Assembly: GCA_963729895.1 (NCBI GenBank) | Contig: CAVSQB010000009.1 | Span: 137,565-201,564 of the forward strand | Direction: 5' to 3' | Origin: an uncultured Fibrobacterota bacterium | GTDB lineage: Bacteria; Fibrobacterota; Chitinivibrionia; Chitinivibrionales; FEN-1185 | Length of the DNA stretch: 64,000 nt | Part shown: positions 19,191-27,727 of the stretch, piece by piece | Layout of the letters: each line of letters opens with the position of its first letter | Position numbering within the stretch: the first letter of the stretch is position 1 | The notes under the pieces: generated by a model | What the model was told of the DNA's origin: nothing | The model's input: only the letters and a program-made list of their open reading frames with translations | Databases searched by the model: none | Position numbers and translations under genes: made by a program

Positions 19191-19961
19191 TTACAATCTT
19201 GATATCGAAAATCCCCCATCCACATTCACCACCTGCCCTGTCGAATACCCGATGTCTCCACGAGCCATCATAGCTGCCGTCTTTGCAATATCCTCGGGCA
19301 GGCCCCAGCGTTTCTGCAGGAGAATGCCCTCGGCAATGAGTTTGTCGTATCTCTCCTTTACAACAGAAGTCATATCAGTCATGATGATGCCGGGCCTTAT
19401 TTCGTACACGGGAATCTCCACCTGGGCAAGGCGTACGGCCCAGAGTTTTGTCGCCATGCTGACGCCTGCCTTGGAAATGCAGTACTCGCCCCTGCTGATG
19501 GATGCGGTTTCCGCGGATGTCGATGAAATGTTGATGATGCACCCGCTCCACGAAAGGTTGCGGTTCTTCTGCTCTATGAGGTACCGCGCAACAAGCTGCG
19601 TCAGAAAATACGGGCCCTGCAGGTTTATTTTCATTACGCGCTCGTAGCTCTCCTCGGATGCGTCCAAAATATCGGTGCGGACCTTGGGAGCAACGCCTGC
19701 GTTGTTGACAAGAACGTTAAGGCCGCCAAGGGTCGTTTTCACCGCGTCAAGTGCAGCCTGCCGGTCTGCCGGGTTACTCACGTCGCCTTTGCAATACAGC
19801 ACCTTTGCACCCAAATCTTCGAGCGCATCCATGTTTTGGGCCACATCGTCCTGCAAAAGCACGTCGAACACAGCCACGTCGTATCCTTCTTTTGCGAACT
19901 GCTGCGCAATGGCATATCCGATGCCGCGCCCTGCACCCGTAACCATGGCCGTTTTCTTCAT
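19191..19961 (-). CDS. Short-chain dehydrogenase/reductase (PRK12745-like, often labelled 3-ketoacyl-ACP reductase)
   Basis: TGAGRGIG, VNNAG, YCISK catalytic YxxxK, VYEIRPGII, VDGG. Confidence 0.9.
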   Translation of the reverse strand: MKKTAMVTGAGRGIGYAIAQQFAKEGYDVAVFDVLLQDDVAQNMDALEDLGAKVLYCKGDVSNPADRQAALDAVKTTLGGLNVLVNNAGVAPKVRTDILDASEESYERVMKINLQGPYFLTQLVARYLIEQKNRNLSWSGCIINISSTSAETASISRGEYCISKAGVSMATKLWAVRLAQVEIPVYEIRPGIIMTDMTSVVKERYDKLIAEGILLQKRWGLPEDIAKTAAMMARGDIGYSTGQVVNVDGGFSISRL

Positions 19962-22567
19962 GAGGGTCCCTTTCCTGTTCTCAAATAATCATCAATGCTT
20001 TCCGCCGCCTTCATGCCTTCTGCCACGGCCTTCACTGCGGTTTCGCCCCCGTTTGTGCAATCACCGGCCGCATACACGCCATCCGCATCTGTCGCAAACG
20101 TCGCGGGGTCCGCAACAATCAATCCTTCCGCGGAGACCCGGACCGGGCCGAGCGACCCTGCCACCGAACTCGCAAGCCTCTGGCCGGTCGCCTCTACAAC
20201 CATGTCAACGCCGAGAACGCTCCGGGTTTCCGCTACGACCTCGGGCCGGCGCCTGCCCGACGCATCGGGCTCGCCAAGCCTGGTCCGGACGATGTTGATT
20301 CCCGTGAGCTTTCCTTTGTCAAATACGTAGCCCGACGGCTGTGTGAGGATCATGAGGTGTACGTCCGCGTCAAGCAGTCCGTCGCGCTCGCTCTTCCACG
20401 CAGGCATCTGGCCGAACGACCGGCGGTATATAAGGTACACGTCGCGCACGCCCCGTTTCTTCGCGGATATCGCTGCGTCTATGGCGGTGTTCCCGCCGCC
20501 GATCACCGCGAGGGTGTCGGGCAACGGGGGCAAAGACCCCTTTTTAGCCTGCGACAGGAACGTCAGCGCGTCCGTTACGCCGCTTCCTCCTGCCGACGAT
20601 TGGAGCCCCGGCGCGAATACAAGCGCATCGTGCCTGGCCCGGAGATCTTGGAACTTTGAATCTCTTCCGAACTCGTGATTGCAAACAACCGTGCAGCGTT
20701 TTCGGTCTATGGCGGGCTTCAGAATGGCGTCCACCTCTTCGGCCGCATCGCCGTAACGAAACAGCGGGATGATTCCGGACGGCGTTCCGCCGAGCGATGC
20801 GCTCTTTTCGTATAGGGTGACCGAGTGGCCCATTTCAATGAGACGGATGGCGCAGGAAACGCCCGCAGGCCCGCCGCCAACGATGCCGATTGACTTTCCT
20901 GAATGCCGATCGGGCACAGCCACGCCCGTTATTCCCTGCAGCCGCGCAGAGCGCGCAGTGACGAGCTGGATATCCGCAACGGAAATCGGGTTTAGACAGA
21001 AGATCTTTTCGAGACAGCCGCCCTCGCATTGCACCTCAACCGGGCACACTTGCGCGCACATTTCCGGAAGCGCATTCGATTTCCGCAGGATGCGGTATGC
21101 TTCCTTGATATCGTTCCGGGAAAAAGCCTTGATGAATCCCGGAACGTCAACGTGCGCCGGACAGGCCCGGCCGCAGGTGGGCTCGGCACAGTCACGGCAT
21201 CGCTGTGCCTCGGACAGCAGGCGGTCGGGAGAATAACGCCGGGCATGCCTGTATTCCGGACCGTAAATTTCCTTGTCGCGTATAACGCACCCGGTCCGAC
21301 CTCCGTCGCGCATGATCTGCGTACATGCCGAACAGGTGATGCAGCATTTGGCCGGGTCCATAGCACCTTTGTTGAGAATGTCGTTAACGGAATCCGGGTA
21401 CGCAAACATTCCCCTGCCCTGACCGATGAGCGTTGCGCTGCCTTCCCGAACGAGTGCCGCCGCGACATGCGGCATGAATTGCCGCAGCCATCCAAGCCCG
21501 GATCCCACAACCGGCAGCTTGGGATATTTCTTCTGAATGGCAGCGTACACCTCCACAAACCGGACCAGCCCGAACAGCGGATGCTCATCAGGAACATCAA
21601 TTCCATGAATGGGAGAATCGTAGGGTCTACCTACATGCGGATTGAAATAGGGGTTCCCTATTGAAATATTGAGGACCGAAATGCCGATCTTTTCGAGCAG
21701 CCCCACAAGCTGCAGCGGTTCGGAAAGATCGGGCTTCAGGAAGTCGCTTTTATCAACTCCCCAGCCATAGGGATGTCGGTACGCGTCAAAGGCGTTGAGA
21801 CGCGTTGAGACAAATACTTGCGGCACCTCCTGCGATATTCTGGCAAGCGTCTCACGAAGCATTCGCGTTCTGTTTTCAAATGAACCGCCGTATTTGCCTG
21901 TCCGCGTGTGGGAAGCCAGAATTTCCGAGAGAAGATAGCCGTGGCAGCTCTTGACGTCAATGCCGTCAAAACCTGCCTCGGCCGCCATTGCGGCCGCCGT
22001 TACATACCGGTCCTGGAGCCGGTCCAGGTAATCGTCGGTGACGACGGGGTAGTCCGCGCCCAGGTTGTTGCGCGGGTCAAGGACCGCGCTATGCTGCGCG
22101 ATGATCGGCGCGGGAACTCCGGTCGGCTTGCTGTACCGCCCGGAATGGGTAAGCTGGATCACCATCACCACGTCGCGGCCGCACTCGCGCCGAGCCGCTT
22201 CCTTGACTTCAGCGACAAGCCGTTTGTACTCGTCTGCGTTCTCTTTGTGGAGAAACAGCTGGCGCGGGTTGGATCTGGCCTCCCCGACAACTGCGGTTGC
22301 CTCGAACCAGATGAGCCCAACCCCGCCGCGTGCATACCGGAGGTAGCGTCTGAAGGTAAGTTCCTGCGGAGTCCCCTCTGTGGTGGCGTCAAACCCTTCC
22401 ATGGGCTGTGCCACCAAACGGTTGGGAACCGAGAACCTGCCGTTCTTCACCTCTTCGCCGAGGATGGAGACATCGGAATCGAACGGCAGGCGCACGCCCA
22501 AAACCGCAAGTTCCTTTTTGAGATCATCCAGACTCGTGTAGTGAAATCTATGGTGCTTTCCCGCCAT
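19958..22567 (-). CDS. Old-yellow-enzyme-like NADH:flavin oxidoreductase fused to a GltD/PreT-like Fe-S/FAD/NAD(P) module
   Basis: N-half: QPMEG, WFEATAV, QLTHSGR, AGFDGIDVKSCHGYL, YGGSFENR. C-half: EAQRCRDCAEPTC..ACP, CAQVCP...QCEGGC, IVGGGPAG, VIGGGNTAID, YAAGD. Confidence 0.85.
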   Translation of the reverse strand: MAGKHHRFHYTSLDDLKKELAVLGVRLPFDSDVSILGEEVKNGRFSVPNRLVAQPMEGFDATTEGTPQELTFRRYLRYARGGVGLIWFEATAVVGEARSNPRQLFLHKENADEYKRLVAEVKEAARRECGRDVVMVIQLTHSGRYSKPTGVPAPIIAQHSAVLDPRNNLGADYPVVTDDYLDRLQDRYVTAAAMAAEAGFDGIDVKSCHGYLLSEILASHTRTGKYGGSFENRTRMLRETLARISQEVPQVFVSTRLNAFDAYRHPYGWGVDKSDFLKPDLSEPLQLVGLLEKIGISVLNISIGNPYFNPHVGRPYDSPIHGIDVPDEHPLFGLVRFVEVYAAIQKKYPKLPVVGSGLGWLRQFMPHVAAALVREGSATLIGQGRGMFAYPDSVNDILNKGAMDPAKCCITCSACTQIMRDGGRTGCVIRDKEIYGPEYRHARRYSPDRLLSEAQRCRDCAEPTCGRACPAHVDVPGFIKAFSRNDIKEAYRILRKSNALPEMCAQVCPVEVQCEGGCLEKIFCLNPISVADIQLVTARSARLQGITGVAVPDRHSGKSIGIVGGGPAGVSCAIRLIEMGHSVTLYEKSASLGGTPSGIIPLFRYGDAAEEVDAILKPAIDRKRCTVVCNHEFGRDSKFQDLRARHDALVFAPGLQSSAGGSGVTDALTFLSQAKKGSLPPLPDTLAVIGGGNTAIDAAISAKKRGVRDVYLIYRRSFGQMPAWKSERDGLLDADVHLMILTQPSGYVFDKGKLTGINIVRTRLGEPDASGRRRPEVVAETRSVLGVDMVVEATGQRLASSVAGSLGPVRVSAEGLIVADPATFATDADGVYAAGDCTNGGETAVKAVAEGMKAAESIDDYLRTGKGPS

Positions 22568-22613
22568 GATTCTCTTCCCGGAAAAAGAAAGATATTGCTA
22601 CCACTCGTGTTCA

Positions 22614-22625
22614 AATGATATCATT
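22614..22625. promoter_or_regulatory. Perfect palindrome AATGATATCATT, candidate operator of the sugar-acid operon
   Basis: 12-bp palindrome about 47 bp upstream of the 22567 start. Confidence 0.3.
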
Positions 22626-23825
22626 ATGATAAATACCGATGCCAGAAAAACGAATTATAACATGTTAAGGCTGCGTTCGACTGCTTAACCTGTTAAATTA
22701 CTATTTTCATAGAATGAGAAAACACTTCGAAGGGATGCATATTTACTAATTAGAATATGCCGGCCTGGAAAGATGGTGGGATCCGGCAATTTCCCTTTCA
22801 GTAATGGATGGTAATAATATAAGGTAATTATAAAGGATCTTGCACCAAATTAGTGATCATTTTGACAAGTTTTTCAAAGAAATTTTCATGACGATGATTG
22901 TACCGAAAAGCCATTTCGTTCAGATACCCTGGAAAGTATTCTTTGGAGACTCCATGGAACTTTGCAAGACGTTCCTTAGCATAGCTCCAGAAGCCTTCCA
23001 AACCGTTAATATAAACTTTGCCTGTGGCAAATCTTTTCCCATGGTCGACTCTCAAATGCCGATAACCGCAGAACATCAGGGCGTCATAGCCGCGGAATTT
23101 GTCAGTGTAAATGATGGAGCCTCGTCTGACCATTTTCACAGTCTCAGTCAACAGGCTTTCGGCAGTGACGTTTTTTACTACTGTCACCTTCACTTTTCCG
23201 TGTCTCTCCAGGATACCAAAGACGGGAACCTTTCCGGCAGCACCCCGGCCACGTTTACCTTTACGCCTGCCGCCGAAGTAGGATTCATCGAGCTCAACCT
23301 CTCCAGAGAGCCAGAAATCGCTTTCAGCGACCATCAAGGCCCTTCGGATGAGATTACACATCCGCAAGACCGTGGGATAGCTCAAACCGATCTGAGTTGC
23401 TATCCTGCGTGCTGAGACTTCCAGTTCAAAGAGCTTAATGATCCACAGCAGCTTTTTCAGAGGGACGCGGCACTGACCAATCCACCGATTCGAGAAGTCA
23501 TGAAAGGTATTTCCGCATCGTTTGCACCTGAACTTTTTACCTTTTAAACGATAGATTTTATGGCTGTTACAATTGATGCAGAAAACATGGCCATTTTTCC
23601 AACAGAACTTTCTGAGGAACAATTTTGCCCTGTTTTTGACTGATCCGCCCCAAAATGACCGACTAATCCGCCTCAATTTGACCGCCGAATCCGGATCAAA
23701 ATGACCGATCAATCCGGTTCAATTTGACCGGCAAATCCGCTTTTATTTGACCGGACGGATGATTTTTCAGGAAGCGTTCCCGGATTCACCTATATCGTCT
23801 CTTTTCACCATTGAAGGGAGACGAT

Positions 23826-25382
23826 ATGAGCAGAGGGAGAACGCCTATGCGGAAGATTCGCCAGGTACTTGAGTACCGGTTATCAAAGAACATCAGCGCG
23901 GAGCAAACGTCTCTTGCGCTATCGCTGTCCAAGGGCAGCGTCATAAACTACCTGGAGCGGTTTCAACTGTCGAAGCTTCCGTGGCCGCTGCCAGATACGC
24001 TGACGGACACGGCGCTTGAGGCTGCGTTGTTTCCACCAGTGCCGCCGCCTGACGACACACCCGCCTTTCGGCTGCCCGATGTCAAATACATTGAGAAAGA
24101 ACTCGTTCGGCCACACGTCACGCTGCAGCGCCTGTGGGAGGAATATGCCGAGCAGCATCCCGATGGTTTGAAGCGCACGGCATTTTACGATCATGTCGCA
24201 CGGCACCGTCCGCCGGAGATTACCATGAAGGTAATCCATAAAGGCGGGGACAAGGTGTTCTCCGATTACTCCGGCGATGGCTTGGAGTATATCGATCGCC
24301 GTACCGGGGAAATCATCGCTGTCGATCTTTTTGTTTGCGCCTGGGGTGCCAGCAGCTTCACGTTTGCCGAAGGAAGCGAAAGCCAGAAGACGCGTGATTT
24401 TGCCCTCTCCCATGTGCACGGCCTTGAGTACTTCGGCGTTGCGCCATTCGCTTTTGTTCTGGACAATACCAAAAGCGGGGTTAAGAAATCCGACCGGTAC
24501 GACCCGGTCGCAAATCCCGTTTACGGGAAGATGGCAGATCATTATCGTGTGGCGTTTCTTCCCGCACGGGTGCTGAAGCCTCAGGACAAAGCCATTGTGG
24601 AGAGCGCCGTTTTGCAGGCCCAGCGTTTTATCCTGGCTCGGTTGCGCAACCGGCAGTTCTTTTCTCTGGATGAGGTCAATGTCGCAATACGGGAAGAACT
24701 GGAAGCGCTCAACAACCGCCCGATGAAGGAGTATGGCGGCCAGACGAGACGGCAGCGCTTCGAAGAGCTGGATAAGCCCTATGCCCAGCAACTGCCTGCC
24801 GAGCCATTCAAGATATCCCTCGTGAAGCTCGACGTGCTGGTCGGCCATAATTACCACATCCGGTTCGAAGATCATTTTTACAGCGTACCGCATTACCTTG
24901 CAACGCAGCGCGTGGACGTATATCAGATCGGCCCGATCATAGAAATCTATCACGACAATATCCATGTCTGCCGCCATCAGGCAGGCCCGCCGAACTTCGG
25001 ATACGCCACGACAACCGAACATATGCCGCCAAGCCATGCGTTTGTCAAAGGGTGGTCGAAAGAGTGGTTCATCGCCAAAGCGACTGAGATCGGTCCGGCA
25101 ACCGCCGAAGCGGCCTGGCAGATCATGAACCGAAGAGACCATGTTCAGCAGGGCTTTAACGCCGTCATGGGCGTTTTGCGACTGGCAAAAGTATACTCGC
25201 CGCAGAGACTCGAAAGAGCATGTCAAAGAGCTACCTATTACAAATCGACAACGCTCAAAGCCATCAAAACAATCCTTGAGCAGCACCTGGACAACCAGAC
25301 TTTTTTACCGCTGCCCACGCAAAGCCAACCGCCCGTGGTTCATGAAAACATACGCGGGCCACAGTATTACATCAACCAGTAA
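23826..25382 (+). CDS. istA: IS21 transposase
   Basis: MRKIRQVL HTH start, LQRLWEEY, FSDYSGD, VLDNTKSGV, PQDKAIVE, YSVP. Confidence 0.93.
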   Translation: MSRGRTPMRKIRQVLEYRLSKNISAEQTSLALSLSKGSVINYLERFQLSKLPWPLPDTLTDTALEAALFPPVPPPDDTPAFRLPDVKYIEKELVRPHVTLQRLWEEYAEQHPDGLKRTAFYDHVARHRPPEITMKVIHKGGDKVFSDYSGDGLEYIDRRTGEIIAVDLFVCAWGASSFTFAEGSESQKTRDFALSHVHGLEYFGVAPFAFVLDNTKSGVKKSDRYDPVANPVYGKMADHYRVAFLPARVLKPQDKAIVESAVLQAQRFILARLRNRQFFSLDEVNVAIREELEALNNRPMKEYGGQTRRQRFEELDKPYAQQLPAEPFKISLVKLDVLVGHNYHIRFEDHFYSVPHYLATQRVDVYQIGPIIEIYHDNIHVCRHQAGPPNFGYATTTEHMPPSHAFVKGWSKEWFIAKATEIGPATAEAAWQIMNRRDHVQQGFNAVMGVLRLAKVYSPQRLERACQRATYYKSTTLKAIKTILEQHLDNQTFLPLPTQSQPPVVHENIRGPQYYINQ

Positions 25383-25400
25383 CCGGAAAAGAGAACTTCT

Positions 25401-26147
25401 ATGCATATCGAAAACGTCATTGAACAGCTCAAATCCATGCGACTCTCGGCAATGGCCGAATCATTGCAGACACGTTTGGCCGGCGGCAACAACCGTGATC
25501 TGGCCCCGGAGGAGTTCTTCGCCCTTCTGGTCGAAGACGAATACAATGCCCGGAAAAACCGGAGGCTCTCCCGCATGATCGGCCACGCAAACTTCAAACC
25601 CGAACAGGCAACCCTCGAAAATGTCACGTACAATCAATCCAGAGGGTTTATGAAAAAAGATCTCATGCCGTTGACCACGGCGACATGGATCAACAACTCG
25701 CAGAACATCATTATTACCGGCTCTACCGGATGCGGAAAGACGTATCTGGCCGAGGCTATCGGCCTGCAAGTCTGCATCATGGGCTTCTCAGTAATCAAAA
25801 TCCGTTACCCGATCCTCTTCGAAGAAATCCATGCCGCCAAAGGCACCGGAATGTACCTGCGTTACCTGAAAAAGCTCGCAAAAACCAAAGTCATCATACT
25901 CGACGATTTTCTTATGCAGCCAATCGAATCAATCGACTCCGGACCGCTCCTGGACGTCATTGAAGAGAAAGAACAGGCAGGATCCATCATCATTACCACT
26001 CAGTTCCCGGTCGACAAATGGCACCTGAAACTGCCCGATCCTACCGTGGCAGACGCTGTCTGCGACCGCCTGACACACGGTGCCATAAAATTTAACCTGG
26101 AAGGAGACTCGATGCGAAAAAACAAATCAAAATCCGCCGCAAAATGA
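25401..26147 (+). CDS. istB: IS21 AAA+ helper ATPase
   Basis: Walker A GSTGCGKT, Walker B IILDDF, IITTQ, ADAVCDRL, GDSMRK. Confidence 0.95.
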   Translation: MHIENVIEQLKSMRLSAMAESLQTRLAGGNNRDLAPEEFFALLVEDEYNARKNRRLSRMIGHANFKPEQATLENVTYNQSRGFMKKDLMPLTTATWINNSQNIIITGSTGCGKTYLAEAIGLQVCIMGFSVIKIRYPILFEEIHAAKGTGMYLRYLKKLAKTKVIILDDFLMQPIESIDSGPLLDVIEEKEQAGSIIITTQFPVDKWHLKLPDPTVADAVCDRLTHGAIKFNLEGDSMRKNKSKSAAK

Positions 26148-26540
26148 CCGGACACATGGAAACATTTATATTATTACCGTAAATCGCTTTCTGTAAAGAC
26201 ATCCGTCCGGTCAAATTAATCCGGATACACCGGTCAAATTACGCGGACTGGGCAGTTTTCAGTTTTCCCTATGAATTCAAAGGTTTCTAATTGACTAAAG
26301 CCCATATGCACAAGATAATTCCTGTGCAAGATGTTTTATAATCACCTAATATAAATCCGTAAAATCTTATCACTGATCAAGATATATCTTACTGTGGGTA
26401 AGAAAATACTTTTGGCAATATGTTCAATTATTTATATATTTAGGGATTAGAAAGAATGGAACGGAGTAATCTGTATTCTCCATCGTCTGTAAGCGATTAA
26501 CTGTCAACAAGTTACCAAACATATAAGAAGGGGAGTCTCT

Positions 26541-27638
26541 ATGAAAAAAGAGAAGAGCGATGTGAGCAGGAGAGAGTTTCTTGCAAGCGCTGCAGCGTTA
26601 TCGTCTGTGCCCATCATTGCCTCATGCAGTGGTGAAAACAAAATGCCGCTCTCCGGCAGCGTACAGGTGCAGAATCCGAACCCGGGTTCTGCCAAGCCCC
26701 AGGCGACTTGCCCAATTGCGAAGCGAACCCTAGGAAACACAGGGTTGGAGGTTTCCATTCTCGGGTTTGGCGGCGGATCAAAGTTCGCGGCCCTTGCCAT
26801 GGCGGACAGGCTCCTTGCTCTTGACGCAGCGTGCGCAGGCGGAGTAAACTATTTCGACAACTGCGTTGAGTACGGGACCTCTGCTACCTACGGTGCGTAC
26901 TTTTCCGCGGCAACGTGTCCGGTCAAAAGAAGCGATGTTATCATAGTGGACAAGCTTGACGCGCGCGACTATGCCGGCGCCAAGACGTCTTTTGCGAGCG
27001 AACTCAAAAACTTGCAGACCACCTACGTCGATCTCCTGTTGTGCCACAACGTGGCCCAGGGTGAAGACCTTACCTCCATCGGATCAACAACAGGCGCGTG
27101 GCAATTCCTAAAAGAAGCAAAGGCGGCAGGCACGGCCAGATTCATCGGGTTTTCCAGCATGGATAATACCGCCGGCGCCGGTACTCTTGTGGATTGGATA
27201 AACGGTCCCATGGCCCCTGATGTTTGCACTCTGGCGATGAACATTACAGGATATCCCAACATGGAGAGCACGGCCGCACCCGCCGCACGAGCAAAAGGAA
27301 TGGGCGTTTCCTGCATTAAGACCCTGCTCGGTGTTGTCGGGGCCGCTCATCCTATTGCGGCTTGCTTTGGCGGTCTGCTCAGTCTCAAGGATCCAACCGG
27401 CGCTTGGCTGGTGTCTACCTTGATAGTCGGCCACGACGGCGGAGCAGCCCAGGTCACGGCCAACATCGCCACCATGAACACCCTTTATCCCCCGGATTGC
27501 ACGGGAGTGCTGTCGGACAACAATCCATACAATTACCAGGAACTCGTGCGCAGCGCCAAGCATCTGGCCGGTCCGCACGCGCTTCCATGGGCAAGGCCGG
27601 GCTTCAAGGATGACGGGAAGCCGTATTTCTGGGCATAA
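26541..27638 (+). CDS. Aldo/keto reductase with Tat signal (possible lipoprotein)
   Basis: SRREFLA twin-arginine; KRTLGNTGLEVSILGFGG, YFDN..EYG, VDKL, VDLLLCH, RFIGFSS. Confidence 0.8.
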   Translation: MKKEKSDVSRREFLASAAALSSVPIIASCSGENKMPLSGSVQVQNPNPGSAKPQATCPIAKRTLGNTGLEVSILGFGGGSKFAALAMADRLLALDAACAGGVNYFDNCVEYGTSATYGAYFSAATCPVKRSDVIIVDKLDARDYAGAKTSFASELKNLQTTYVDLLLCHNVAQGEDLTSIGSTTGAWQFLKEAKAAGTARFIGFSSMDNTAGAGTLVDWINGPMAPDVCTLAMNITGYPNMESTAAPAARAKGMGVSCIKTLLGVVGAAHPIAACFGGLLSLKDPTGAWLVSTLIVGHDGGAAQVTANIATMNTLYPPDCTGVLSDNNPYNYQELVRSAKHLAGPHALPWARPGFKDDGKPYFWA

Positions 27639-27685
27639 GCAAGAAACATTGTTGACGAAAGCAGAACTTTCAAGATATTGAAGAG

Positions 27686-27712
27686 ACCCCGCCCCACATG
27701 GCGGGGTTTTTT
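27686..27712 (+). terminator. Intrinsic terminator
   Basis: ACCCCGCC-CCACAT-GGCGGGGT followed by a T-run. Confidence 0.7.
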
Positions 27713-27727
27713 ATTGAACTGCGGCCG

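Larger units (their letters stand above)
23637..26254 (+). mobile_element. IS21-family insertion sequence (2618 bp)
   Basis: TG...CA ends; repeated ATCCG..(A/T)TGACCG units at both ends; 5-bp TSD GTTTT at 23632-23636 and 26255-26259; istA-istB. Confidence 0.93.
22828..26305 (-). pseudogene. IS1595 transposase interrupted after codon 17 by IS21
   Basis: 26305-26255 gives MGFSQLETFEFIGKTEN and joins in frame to RAKLFLRKFCW at 23631; Zn ribbon CINC/CKRC, EVELDESYFGG, YTD, INGLEGFWS; 284 aa reconstructed. Confidence 0.9.
22823..26346 (-). mobile_element. IS1595-family insertion sequence (901 bp once the nested IS21 and one TSD copy are removed)
   Basis: Terminal IRs GGTAATTATAAAGGATCTTGCAC / GGTGATTATAAAACATCTTGCAC; 8-bp TSD TAATATAA at 22815-22822 and 26347-26354. 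Confidence 0.9.

Noticed and set aside
19191..19961. Calling the SDR fabG or kduD
   Set aside because: No fatty-acid synthesis context, and the motifs fit the PRK12745-like subgroup rather than KduD; substrate unknown
23637..23712. N-terminus MIGHFDPD... of the ORF-track IS1595 transposase
   Set aside because: Derived from the IS21 end; the true N-terminus is at 26305-26255
23637..23760. Regularly spaced ~23-bp repeats that resemble a mini CRISPR array or iterons
   Set aside because: No unique spacers and no cas genes; they are the IS21 terminal repeats, mirrored at the right end
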